Below, piece by piece: positions 51,640 through 61,022 of a stretch of 64,000 nt of DNA. Below the pieces are notes generated by a model. It saw only the letters and a program-made list of their open reading frames with translations, was not told where the DNA came from and made no database searches. Origin of the DNA: Treponema sp. (GTDB lineage Bacteria; Spirochaetota; Spirochaetia; Treponematales; Treponemataceae). The translations under genes were made by a program, and so were the position numbers. The first letter of the stretch is position 1. Each line of letters opens with the position of its first letter. The stretch lies in the NCBI GenBank assembly GCA_045627025.1, contig JAZQMW010000019.1:3047-67046 (forward strand), read 5' to 3'.

Positions 51640-51673
51640 GGAATCTCTGAAAATTGCAATTTTTAAAGGTTCC
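51640..51673. repeat. REP-like palindrome
   Basis: GGAATCTCTGAAAATTGCAATTTTTAAAGGTTCC. Confidence 0.6.
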
Positions 51674-51676
51674 CAT

Positions 51677-51728
51677 AAAAAAGGCAGTCCGCAAGAAAAC
51701 ATTTGCATGTACCTTACAGGACTGCCAA
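51677..51728 (-). terminator. Terminator after rplS
   Basis: GGCAGTCC...GGACTGCC followed by T6 on the minus strand. Confidence 0.6.
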
Positions 51729-51778
51729 TATCAGGCATTCTCCAGCCGAATTTCGTTCAAAAACCCGACTGAATCAAA

Positions 51779-52225
51779 TTATTTTGCGTTTCCAGCCTTT
51801 GCTTCAGCACGAATAGCTGCTTCTGCTGCATCAGCTGCCTTTGCTGCCTCACGAGAAGCTGCCATCTCAGCATTTGCCTTTGCTCCGATAAGTTCCTTAA
51901 TCTTTGATGCCTTACCAATCTTATCGCGAACATAGTAAATCTTTGAACGGCGAACCTTACCTGGGCGAACAAGTTCAACCTTGATAACGCGTGGGCTGTA
52001 TACTGGGAATACGCGCTCTACACCAACACCGTAGCTGATCTTGCGAACAGTAAATGTCTTGCGTACGCCAGAATTCTTAAAACAAAGAACAAGTCCTTCA
52101 AAAACCTGAATTCGCTTTGTTTTACCTTCAATAATTTCGAAGTGAACCTTTACAGTGTCTCCAACCTTGAAACAGCCTGCATTTGGTTTCTTCTGCTTTT
52201 CTTCAATAGTCTTAATAAGATCCAT
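51779..52225 (-). CDS. rplS: 50S ribosomal protein L19
   Basis: [44 protein letters not shown]. Confidence 0.97.
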   Translation of the reverse strand: MDLIKTIEEKQKKPNAGCFKVGDTVKVHFEIIEGKTKRIQVFEGLVLCFKNSGVRKTFTVRKISYGVGVERVFPVYSPRVIKVELVRPGKVRRSKIYYVRDKIGKASKIKELIGAKANAEMAASREAAKAADAAEAAIRAEAKAGNAK

Positions 52226-52235
52226 CTTTTAGCTC

Positions 52236-53006
52236 CTATTTCTTTTTCTTACGGCTATTCTTTAATTTGACAAATTCCGTAAGTTCTTCGATCATTTTTT
52301 CGGCCTCAGAAGTAAGAGTTCCAGAATTTCTTGCCCTGCAGATAAGATCAGGTCTGTTCCGCAAAGTCTTTTCTATACTCTTTTTCAGACGCCACTTTCG
52401 GATTTCTTCGTGGTTGCCGCTGCAAAGAACAGCAGGAACTTCCATGCCTTTGTATACATTCGGCCTTGTATACTGGGGATATTCCAAAAGATTGCCAGAA
52501 AAACTTTCCTCATCCAATGATTCATGCGTTATGACACCATCTACAAGACGATAGACTGTATCTACAATCACAGTAGCTGCGACTTCACCGCTCGACATTA
52601 CATAGTCGCCGATTGAAATCTCTTCATCCACATAAGAATCAATTATCCGCTGGTCAATACCTTCATATCTTCCGCAGACAAGGACAAGCTCGTCCTTTTG
52701 GCTTAATTCCTGGGCTTTGGCCTGAGTAAGCGGCTTACCGCTCGGAGTAACATAAATGACATGTTTGCTCTTTTTGTATGCCTCAACACTATCCAAAGCC
52801 TTTCCAAGAGGTTCAGCAAGCAAAAGCTGCCCAGCCCCTCCGCCGTAAGGTGCGTCATCACAAGTGTGGTGTCTATCAAGGGCAAAATCCCTGATATTTA
52901 CCAAATCGTAAGCAATAATTCCCTTTTGAACCGCCTTTGCCATGATCGAACTTTCAAAAAAAGCACGCGGAATCTCAGGAAACAAGGTCAGCACAGTAAA
53001 TTTCAT
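52236..53006 (-). CDS. trmD: tRNA (guanine-N1)-methyltransferase
   Basis: LTLFPE, DDAPYGGGAG, CGRYEGIDQR, SIGDYV, LLEYPQYTRP. Confidence 0.97.
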   Translation of the reverse strand: MKFTVLTLFPEIPRAFFESSIMAKAVQKGIIAYDLVNIRDFALDRHHTCDDAPYGGGAGQLLLAEPLGKALDSVEAYKKSKHVIYVTPSGKPLTQAKAQELSQKDELVLVCGRYEGIDQRIIDSYVDEEISIGDYVMSSGEVAATVIVDTVYRLVDGVITHESLDEESFSGNLLEYPQYTRPNVYKGMEVPAVLCSGNHEEIRKWRLKKSIEKTLRNRPDLICRARNSGTLTSEAEKMIEELTEFVKLKNSRKKKK

Positions 53007-53010
53007 AGAA

Positions 53011-53580
53011 TTACTCCAGAATCCAGAGGTGCATCAGCTGAATCAATCCTTTTTCGACATCCACTTCGCCAATAAATTCTTTATTGAACGGAACGAATAC
53101 CTTTTTTCCGGATTTATCCAGACTCTCGGACAGTTCTATCTCAACGAGATAGCCAGATCCGCCTTCCAATACGTTTGTGACTGTTCCAACAACAGGCTTT
53201 TCACCTTTTGCCGGTGCGGTACTACCCGCCACATCCTCATACCATAATGAGCAACCCTTCAGGTCCTCAAAATACCACTCATTTTTCTGCAGTTTATGAG
53301 CTTTGTCGCGCGGAACCACAATCTGATACCTGTTGAACTCTGCAGCTTTCTCAGGGGTATCGATTCCCGCTAGTTTCATGTACAAAGTATTGCCGCCATC
53401 CTTTACGTATTCAACACGGAATACCTTGGAAACGACATCATTTGTCAAAGTAACTTCCTTCATGTCAAAAAAATGCTCAAACACGCCTGAAGTACTTTCC
53501 ACTTTAAATTCACCCGTAATTCCATGGGAACCACGAACAATTCCAACTACAAACTGCTCTTTCAAAGATTTCTCTGCCAT
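53011..53580 (-). CDS. rimM: Ribosome maturation factor RimM
   Basis: VGIVRGSHGITGEFKV, WYFEDLKGC, VPFNKEFI. Confidence 0.93.
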   Translation of the reverse strand: MAEKSLKEQFVVGIVRGSHGITGEFKVESTSGVFEHFFDMKEVTLTNDVVSKVFRVEYVKDGGNTLYMKLAGIDTPEKAAEFNRYQIVVPRDKAHKLQKNEWYFEDLKGCSLWYEDVAGSTAPAKGEKPVVGTVTNVLEGGSGYLVEIELSESLDKSGKKVFVPFNKEFIGEVDVEKGLIQLMHLWILE

Positions 53581-53813
53581 CAGTCCAAGATTTCCAAACT
53601 GTAGCGCAATCCGTCTTTGTTTGCTGAAGCACTCAATACAGTGCGTAGAGCCTTTGCAATGCGACCATACTTGCCAATAACCTTGCCTATGTCACTCTGT
53701 GCCACGCGTAACTGCAATACAGGTCCACGTTCACCTTGTGTTTCCGTTACAGAGACTGAAGCTGGATCATCGACCAATGATTTTGCGATATATTCAATCA
53801 GGTCTTTTTCCAT
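53580..53813 (-). CDS. khpA: KH-domain RNA-binding protein KhpA
   Basis: LVDDP, DIGKVIGKYGRIAKALR. Confidence 0.92.
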   Translation of the reverse strand: MEKDLIEYIAKSLVDDPASVSVTETQGERGPVLQLRVAQSDIGKVIGKYGRIAKALRTVLSASANKDGLRYSLEILD

Positions 53814-53832
53814 TCTTTACTCCTTCTCAAGG

Positions 53833-54096
53833 TTATTTTGCGATAGATGTTCCCTTTGCTGACAAACCGTTCATGTTAAGGATTTTCTTAACGATGGCTG
53901 TTGGCTGAGCTCCTACGCTGATCCAATACTTTGCCCTTTCTACATCTACAACTGTCTGGTTTCCAGAAGCAATTGGATGATACTGTCCGATTTCCTCAAT
54001 TGACGTACCATCACGAGGTTTGCGTGAATCTTGTACTACAATACGATAATCAGGACGAGCTTTTGTACCCATTTTCTTAAGTCTGATTTTGACCAC
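53833..54096 (-). CDS. rpsP: 30S ribosomal protein S16
   Basis: VKIRLKKMG, YRIVVQDSRKPRDG, WISVGAQPT. Confidence 0.97.
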   Translation of the reverse strand: MVKIRLKKMGTKARPDYRIVVQDSRKPRDGTSIEEIGQYHPIASGNQTVVDVERAKYWISVGAQPTAIVKKILNMNGLSAKGTSIAK

Positions 54097-54456
54097 TTTG
54101 GTCCTCCAAAAAAGAATTTAAACCATTCCGAAGAACAGTTTGAATAGATATTTTATTGAAATTCGACAACATAGTCAATGTTTTATGACGCAAATGTTGA
54201 ATATATTCTGGAATTTCTGCATGAAGATGTGGACAGGCCGCATTTTTACGGAGAAACATGACTGCCGAATGATTTTTGATTTCTTTCAGCATGCACAACC
54301 GTTGCCCAAAAAACACCACAAAAAGTTGATGACTTGCAATGTTGATGATATAGTTTAAAACAAAGATTCTTCATGCACCTCGAGGCATCTGCATTTTGCA
54401 AAATAAGATGCACTGCACACAATGCTTTTTTACGTGAAGTTTCAAAGGAGATTTTT

Positions 54457-55635
54457 ATGTATACACCAGAATACTTGGCTGAAAAATTCATTGAACTGTA
54501 CGGCGGAAACAGGAATGACGTCAAACTATACTCGTCACCGGCAAGAATCAACATCATAGGCGAACACATTGATTACAACGGGGGATTCGTCTTGCCATGC
54601 GCCATAGACAGATACCTTTACATTGCCATAAGAAAGAGAAACGATTCTTCCATAATATACAACGACATCGATTTTCCCGGGGAATTCAGGTTCAGCACCG
54701 ACATGGATTTCGAATACAAAAAGGAAAACGGATATGCGAATTTCTTAAACGGAATACTTTTCGAGCTGAAGAAAAAGCACCGCCTGGAAAACGGATTTGA
54801 AATCCTCATGGCAAGCAACGTCTCGTCAGCAGGAGGAATATCTTCGTCATCGGCGCTTGAATGCGGATTTGCATATGCCGTAAGCGAAACCTTCGGCTTA
54901 AACCTTTCAAGGACTGAAATCGCAAAACTCGGGCAGATGAGCGAGCACAACTTCATGAACGTCAAATGCGGAATAATGGACCAGTTCATCATAAGCACGG
55001 CAAAAAAGGACACTGCGGAACTTCTTGACTGCAATACGCTTGAATACAGCTACCTGCCGCTCAATCTTGGAGAATGCGAATTTGTCGTCATGAACACGAA
55101 CAAACAGAGAAAGCTTTGCGACAGCAAGTACAACGAACGCCGTTCCCAATGCGAAAAAGCTCTCGGCATGCTGAACGAAAAGGGAATCAACATAAAAAAC
55201 CTTTGCGACCTGACGGCTGCAGAATTTGGACAGTGCATGGAATTCATAACAGACGACATACTCAAGGACAGGGCATTTCACTGCGTCCACGAAAATGAGC
55301 GCGTGAAGAAAGCTGCGGAAGCCTTGGGGAAAGGAGACCTTGAAAAGCTCGGAAAGCTTCTTTATGAAAGCCATGAGTCGCTCAGGGACAAATATGAAGT
55401 TACAGGCATTGAGCTTGACACGCTTGCAGAGGCCGCAATTTCCTTTGACGGATGCATTGGAGCAAGAATGACAGGTGCAGGGTTCGGAGGATGTGCAATT
55501 GCAATCGTAAGGAAAGACTGTGCAAAAAGCTTTACCAAAAGAGTCGGTGAAATCTACAGGGAAAAAATCGGATACGAGGCGTCATTCTTTGAATGCAAAA
55601 GCGGCGACGGCGTGATGGAAATAAAGAACGCATAA
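54457..55635 (+). CDS. galK: Galactokinase
   Basis: PARINIIGEHIDYNGG, GISSSSALE, CGIMDQF, GARMTGAGFGGC. Confidence 0.95.
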   Translation: MYTPEYLAEKFIELYGGNRNDVKLYSSPARINIIGEHIDYNGGFVLPCAIDRYLYIAIRKRNDSSIIYNDIDFPGEFRFSTDMDFEYKKENGYANFLNGILFELKKKHRLENGFEILMASNVSSAGGISSSSALECGFAYAVSETFGLNLSRTEIAKLGQMSEHNFMNVKCGIMDQFIISTAKKDTAELLDCNTLEYSYLPLNLGECEFVVMNTNKQRKLCDSKYNERRSQCEKALGMLNEKGINIKNLCDLTAAEFGQCMEFITDDILKDRAFHCVHENERVKKAAEALGKGDLEKLGKLLYESHESLRDKYEVTGIELDTLAEAAISFDGCIGARMTGAGFGGCAIAIVRKDCAKSFTKRVGEIYREKIGYEASFFECKSGDGVMEIKNA

Positions 55636-55738
55636 ATTCCCATGCAAGCAAAAAACGGGGAAAACACTCTTCGCGGATGATGATGAAAAACCTTCATTTC
55701 CATGATCAAAGCACGGCATGTCTTCCCCAAGACGAAAG

Positions 55739-56176
55739 TCAGTCCTCGCCTTCAAGAACAGCACATGAGCGGGATATGTACCAGAGAGTCTTTTTCCAGT
55801 CCTCCACCTCATCGGTTGTCTTTTTTTTGCCAAGCCTCGTAAGGTACTTTATTGCGGTTCCTATGTTGAAGGCAAGATCGCCCCTCATGTTCCTGACTGC
55901 AAACTCGATTATCTCAATGGCCTCGACACCGGATTTTCCAAGATACCTTTTCGGATGGTTGGTGACTTTCGTATCTTCCTCATCAGCAAAACAGGAAAGG
56001 TTTTCCGAATGGTTTTCTATAATATGCTCACATTCAGCTTCCATTTTCCTTAAAAAATCATGATATTCCGAACAATCGAGGTTCACTATCTTCAAAAGCT
56101 TTCTCAAAACATCCTGTGCCTTTTCAGAAGGCATGTCAGTCCTTATAAAATCTTCAATTCTTTCCACAGAAATCAT
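55739..56176 (-). CDS. DUF3310-domain protein
   Basis: NHPKRY..GVEAIEII...F.IGTAIKYLTRLGKK...EDWKKTLWY. Confidence 0.8.
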   Translation of the reverse strand: MISVERIEDFIRTDMPSEKAQDVLRKLLKIVNLDCSEYHDFLRKMEAECEHIIENHSENLSCFADEEDTKVTNHPKRYLGKSGVEAIEIIEFAVRNMRGDLAFNIGTAIKYLTRLGKKKTTDEVEDWKKTLWYISRSCAVLEGED

Positions 56177-56209
56177 ATCAAACACTCCACGCAAAACGAT
56201 TTTCGCTCA

Positions 56210-57097
56210 TCATTTTCTCACTTTAACATACTGCTCCGGATCAAAAGCCTCGCCGTTCACCTTTATCTCAAAATGAAGATGCGGTCCAGTCGTAAGCCCC
56301 GTAACGCCGACGCACCCTATGACCTGCCCCGTATCAACATGGTCGTTTTCAGCGACACTTATGTCACGAAGATGCGCATAAAGGCTTTCCATTCCATTCG
56401 AATGCCTGATGACAATGTAGTTTCCATACACGGCATCATTTCTGACGGTTTTTCTTACGGAGCCGCTCCTGCAGGCAAAAACGGAAGAACCTATGGGAGC
56501 CGCAAGATCGATTCCCTTGTGGAATTTCCATTTTCCGGTAATTGGGCTTATCCTGTTTCCGAATGCAGATGTCAGAACCGATTTTTCAAGAGGCAAAACC
56601 ATGCCGACGGTAAGGAAAAAGGCCCTGACGGAACCGCTGAATCTCCTGCCCGGAAGAAAATAGAATTTTTCACCCCTTATGGTATACATCCTTGTGTTTT
56701 CATCATCAAGGTCATTGCGATATTCCCCGTGAAGAAGAATCTCAACGGGATTCCTTGGTTTTTCCGGTATGAAAACCCCATTCACGGTTGGTACAAGAAG
56801 ATTTCTGCCGCCAAGAAAATCCCTGCTTTCAGAAATCCTGTTGATGGTGGCAAAAGTTTCCTGCCAGATGCTGCATCTTGAGACAATCGTAAAAAACGTA
56901 TCATCATCCACTGCCGTATAGCTGTAGATTGAAAGATCACTTTCGACATTTTTCTTTGCATTCCTTTCAGAAACCTGCACTTCCTGGATGAACTGATCAA
57001 ACATAAAATCCCTGGACTTGAGCTCCGGAATCTCCGGATAACGCTGAGAATATGCATATGTCGACAAAATGCAGAGCAGTATCGGGAAAATTTTCAT
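56210..57097 (-). CDS. M23 family peptidase with LysM-like region
   Basis: HKGIDLAAP, YGNYIVIRH, YAHL, TGPHLHFE; signal peptide. Confidence 0.92.
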   Translation of the reverse strand: MKIFPILLCILSTYAYSQRYPEIPELKSRDFMFDQFIQEVQVSERNAKKNVESDLSIYSYTAVDDDTFFTIVSRCSIWQETFATINRISESRDFLGGRNLLVPTVNGVFIPEKPRNPVEILLHGEYRNDLDDENTRMYTIRGEKFYFLPGRRFSGSVRAFFLTVGMVLPLEKSVLTSAFGNRISPITGKWKFHKGIDLAAPIGSSVFACRSGSVRKTVRNDAVYGNYIVIRHSNGMESLYAHLRDISVAENDHVDTGQVIGCVGVTGLTTGPHLHFEIKVNGEAFDPEQYVKVRK

Positions 57098-57104
57098 TTC
57101 AGTA

Positions 57105-57136
57105 AAAAAAAACGGTCTCCAAAAATGGAAACCGCC
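57105..57136 (-). terminator. Terminator after ferredoxin
   Basis: GCGGTTTCCA-TTT-TGGAGACCG followed by a T run on the minus strand. Confidence 0.7.
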
Positions 57137-57151
57137 ATTCCAGAACAGAAA

Positions 57152-57322
57152 TTACTCTTCAGCAATAGCTTCTGTTGGACATGCACCTGCACAAGCACCG
57201 CAGCTTACGCAAGTATTTGCATCAATAACACGCTTTCCGTCTGCTTCGCTGATAGCTCCTGAAGGACATTCGCTTTCACAAGCACCACAGTTTACGCAAG
57301 CGTCAGAAATTTTGTATGCCAT
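57152..57322 (-). CDS. 2[4Fe-4S] ferredoxin
   Basis: Two CxxCxxCxxxCP motifs; GAGG SD. Confidence 0.93.
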   Translation of the reverse strand: MAYKISDACVNCGACESECPSGAISEADGKRVIDANTCVSCGACAGACPTEAIAEE

Positions 57323-57436
57323 AATATACCTCTGATTTTTTTTTGTACCGAAAAGGCACATCTATAATATACAATAATATCATGTTTTTTTCAATTGATT
57401 TTTTCCATGGGAAAACATGCCTGCAAACCTCAATTT

Positions 57437-58222
57437 TCAGCAGCCTGAATATTCCGTATAGGCATATGCATTGTGGTTGTGGATGCTTTCAAAATTCTTG
57501 CATTCCACGCTAAACCATGAAAAAGGTTTTTCGGCGCCCTTGAAGTTCCTGAGCGCAATATACACCTCGCGGACAACATCCTCCACAAAACGCGGATTTT
57601 CATATGCATGCTCGGTGACGTATTTTTCATCTGGACGCTTGAGGATTGAATAAAGGCCACCTGACGCGTTCTTCTCTATCACCTCAATCACATCCTCGAC
57701 CCAGAAAAGGGACGAATTCCTAAGCTTCACGCACACGATTCCCCTCTGATTGTGGGCACCGTACTCGCTTATGGCCTTGGAACAGGGACAAAGTGTGGTT
57801 ACGGGAATCCTTATTTCAAGGAAAAAACAGTGGCCGCTTTCGGTAACTTCACCCTCATACGTGCACTCGTAACGCATTATGCTCTCGCTTTTGGAAACCG
57901 GAGCTTCCTTTGTCATGAAAAACGGAAAAGTCATTGTTCCGTACGATTTCTCGGCTGAAAGGGAAACCCTTATCTCGGAAAGCATTTCCAGAAACTGCTT
58001 CATGCCGAGATTATCCTTGTGCTTGTGGAATATCTCGATGAACCGGCTCATGTGCGTTCCCTTGTAGTTGTGCGGAAGGTTCACGAAAAGATCGACTTTC
58101 GCACACGTATTCTGGGAGCCGTTTCTCTTGTCAAGGACTTTTACGGGATATTCAAGATCCGTCACGCCAACTTTCTTAAGCGGAACATTCCTCGTATCAT
58201 TAGAATTCTGTACATCAAGCAT
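57437..58222 (-). CDS. folE2: GTP cyclohydrolase IB
   Basis: KGTHMSRF, TTLCPCSK, GAHNQRG, KRPDEK, NPRFVEDVVR, ESIHNHNA. Confidence 0.95.
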   Translation of the reverse strand: MLDVQNSNDTRNVPLKKVGVTDLEYPVKVLDKRNGSQNTCAKVDLFVNLPHNYKGTHMSRFIEIFHKHKDNLGMKQFLEMLSEIRVSLSAEKSYGTMTFPFFMTKEAPVSKSESIMRYECTYEGEVTESGHCFFLEIRIPVTTLCPCSKAISEYGAHNQRGIVCVKLRNSSLFWVEDVIEVIEKNASGGLYSILKRPDEKYVTEHAYENPRFVEDVVREVYIALRNFKGAEKPFSWFSVECKNFESIHNHNAYAYTEYSGC

Positions 58223-58317
58223 ACCAAATACACCTTTTCAATCTATCTATTTTAATTTTTTAAATACGCATTTTCAATTAGGTCGAATGCCAAGTTTTGA
58301 AAAATAACAATTTTTAT

Positions 58318-58406
58318 GGTCATTGAGACTATCGAAATGACAAATTTATTAATTATTGTGATTTCGACAAGTGGTATCCTGAGCTTGCAGAAGGACTCAA
58401 TCACCG
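58318..58406. repeat. REP/REPIN-like element (TGAGCTTGTCGAA family) with a nested copy
   Basis: GGTCATTGAGACTATCGAAATGAC ... GTGATTTCGACAAG[TGGTATCCTGAGCTTGCAGAAGGA]CTCAATCACC. Confidence 0.6.
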
Positions 58407-58598
58407 CAATATTAGAGTTCTTTCATAAAAAATTAAAAACTCGAAATTGAACCAATTAATTATCAAATGCAAAAACTTAGAAAAAAAACAAGGATTCACA
58501 TTCAAAAAAGCTTCTTAAAAAAAACGCAAGACTGGAACCGACTCACATGCAATTCCAATCCTGCATCATCAAAAAGCCCTATTGCAAGGGACAGTTTC

Positions 58599-60188
58599 TT
58601 ATTTTATGAGCAAATCAGCAAAAGCCTTGAGTGCTCCGTCCATCTTTCCTGCAAGAACAGTCTTTGCAAGTACCTTTCCAAGCTGAACGCCTTCCTGGTC
58701 AAAGCTGTTTACATTCCAGAGGAATCCCTGGAACATAACCTTGTTCTCGAAGTGTGCAAGAAGGGCACCGATTGTCTTTGGATTTACCTGATCTGCGTGG
58801 ATGAGGCTTGAAGGACGCTCACCTTTGAAGAACTTGTTTGGATTCTCGTTGTCCTTACCGCATGCGAATGCAATAATCTGTGCAGTAACGTTTGCGCAGA
58901 GTTTTTTCTGGCTTGTGGAATCCTCGATTACGACATCCTTTCCAGTCTGGTTTTCGCGGAATGCAATGAACTGGAGAGGAATGATGTCTGTTCCCTGGTG
59001 GAGAAGCTGATAGAATGAGTGCTGCCCGTTTGTTCCAGGCTCACCGAAAATAACAGGTCCCGTAACGTAGTTGATTTTCTCGCCAAAGCGGTTTACGCTC
59101 TTTCCGTTTGACTCCATGTCAAGCTGCTGGAGATGTGCCGGGAAGCGTGAAAGTGCTTGTGAATATGGAAGGACTGCCGTTGAAGGATAGCCCTGAACGT
59201 TTCTTTCGTATACGCCGATGAGTGCATCCATCAAAGATGAGTTCTTTGTGATGTCCTTTTCTGTTGCGTTCTTGTCCTGCTCTGCGGCACCGTCAAGGAA
59301 GTCTGCGAAAACCTTTGGTCCGAAAGCAAGAGAAAGGATTGCCCCACCGACACCTGAAGATGAAGAATAGCGTCCGCCGATGTAGTCATCCATGAAGAAT
59401 GCCGCAAGATAATCAGGACTTTTTGCAAGAGGTGATGTCTCGGAAGTAACCGCAATCATGTGCTTTGAAGGGTTGCATCCGGCCTTCTTTATGAAATCTT
59501 TTACGAAAGACTCGTTTGTAAGTGTCTCGAGAGTTGTTCCAGACTTTGAAACAAGGATGAAGATTGTTTTCGAAATGTCGATTGAAGAACAAACTGCTGC
59601 GGCATCATCAGGATCTACGTTAGAGATGAACTTTGTGTCCATCTTGAATGTATTGTTTGCCTTTGCCCAGTTCTCAAGGGCAAGATAGATTGCACGAGGA
59701 CCGAGGTCTGAACCGCCGATGCCGATCTGGCATACAGTCGTGAACTTCTCGCCCTTCTCGTTTAAGATTTCACCGCCATGAACCTTATTTGCAAAGTCAG
59801 CCATTTTTTTCTGCTCGTTGATGTAGAACTCGCGCTTGTTTACGCCGTCGGCAACAACATCCTTTCCAAGTTGACCGCGGAGAAGCTGATGCAATACCAT
59901 GCGCTTTTCTCCGGTATTTACGACCTCACCGTTATAAAGGGCCTCGAATTTTTCCAAAAGCTGGCTTTCTTCTGCAAGCTCCTTGAGCACGGAAACAACC
60001 TGTGCATTCACCTGCTTTGCGGCATAATTGTATTTGAGTCCCGCACCCATGGAAATTGAATAGTCTGCAACACGTTTTGCAGCATCCGCACTAGAAAGTT
60101 CCTTTGCAACAGATACGGAACCCTTCAAAGACTGAAGTTTCTTGAAAGATTCAAGAGTATCAAGATTGCTCCATGAAATAGATGACAT
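58599..60188 (-). CDS. pgi: Glucose-6-phosphate isomerase
   Basis: IGIGGSDLGP, SKSGTTLET, GGRYS, QQLDMESNGK, GTNGQHSFYQL, FDQEGVQLGK. Confidence 0.97.
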   Translation of the reverse strand: MSSISWSNLDTLESFKKLQSLKGSVSVAKELSSADAAKRVADYSISMGAGLKYNYAAKQVNAQVVSVLKELAEESQLLEKFEALYNGEVVNTGEKRMVLHQLLRGQLGKDVVADGVNKREFYINEQKKMADFANKVHGGEILNEKGEKFTTVCQIGIGGSDLGPRAIYLALENWAKANNTFKMDTKFISNVDPDDAAAVCSSIDISKTIFILVSKSGTTLETLTNESFVKDFIKKAGCNPSKHMIAVTSETSPLAKSPDYLAAFFMDDYIGGRYSSSSGVGGAILSLAFGPKVFADFLDGAAEQDKNATEKDITKNSSLMDALIGVYERNVQGYPSTAVLPYSQALSRFPAHLQQLDMESNGKSVNRFGEKINYVTGPVIFGEPGTNGQHSFYQLLHQGTDIIPLQFIAFRENQTGKDVVIEDSTSQKKLCANVTAQIIAFACGKDNENPNKFFKGERPSSLIHADQVNPKTIGALLAHFENKVMFQGFLWNVNSFDQEGVQLGKVLAKTVLAGKMDGALKAFADLLIK

Positions 60189-60345
60189 AATTTTCTCCTG
60201 GTCTGAAAATGTATTCGCTAAGTATACCAAATAATGATTTATTATTCTAGGTACATTTTGCGGGTTTTGGGTCCATCATGACATGACATGCGACCCATAA
60301 GGATATTCTAACACAATTTTGGGATTTTTACCGACAACTTGAATA

Positions 60346-60374
60346 TTGACAATTTATGCATATTTATACATAAT
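60346..60374 (+). promoter_or_regulatory. argR promoter with overlapping ARG box
   Basis: TTGACA-N17-CATAAT; TATGCATATTTATACATA at 60355-60372. Confidence 0.8.
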
Positions 60375-60382
60375 TTTCTGAT

Positions 60383-60853
60383 ATGAAAGACAGATATTTG
60401 CGCTTAAAGACAATCCGTAAGCTGATAAAGAACAACAAGATAGAAAGTCAGGAAGACCTTCTGAGCCTTCTGCAGAAAGAAAAGTTTGAAGTGACGCAGG
60501 CAACGCTTTCAAGAGACTTGAAGCTCATGAAAGTAGGCAAGATAAGTGACGGAAACTCAGGATATGTATACACGATTCCGGAAGACGAGGATGCAAAGGA
60601 AAGCGACCAGATTTACGTGCAGGATTTCCTTCGGGGATACTTGAGCATTGACACAAGCGGAAACATCGTGGTCATAAAGACACTCGGAGGCTATGCACAC
60701 AGCGTCACGAACGCACTTGATTCCATGAACATGGAAGACATTCTCGGAACAATTGCCGGTGAAAACTGCATTTTCGCATGCCTGAAGGAAGGCGTCACGG
60801 GCAGACAGTTCCTTGAAAAACTCAAGGAAAAAATTCCAGAACTTGAAATATGA
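60383..60853 (+). CDS. argR: Arginine repressor
   Basis: SQEDLL, VTQATLSRDL, ILGTIAGEN. Confidence 0.94.
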   Translation: MKDRYLRLKTIRKLIKNNKIESQEDLLSLLQKEKFEVTQATLSRDLKLMKVGKISDGNSGYVYTIPEDEDAKESDQIYVQDFLRGYLSIDTSGNIVVIKTLGGYAHSVTNALDSMNMEDILGTIAGENCIFACLKEGVTGRQFLEKLKEKIPELEI

Positions 60854-61022
60854 CAGGAATTCCAGGAATTCAATTCCAGAAGTAAAATCGAAAGCTGACG
60901 CATTCATGAAAAAGCCAGGATTTTTTTGGTTACATGGCTTTTGTGATTGGGCAAAATGCAAAAGCCGTTACATGCGGCCAAAGCGGAATGCCCAGCTCAG
61001 GATAACAGGACGGAGAGAAATA

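Noticed and set aside
56060-56881. 273-aa plus-strand ORF
   Set aside because: Antisense to the well-supported M23 peptidase and DUF3310 genes.
60813-61022. 70-aa N-terminal extension on the LacI regulator
   Set aside because: The HTH begins at GTG 61023, which has an SD; the upstream part overlaps argR and looks non-coding.
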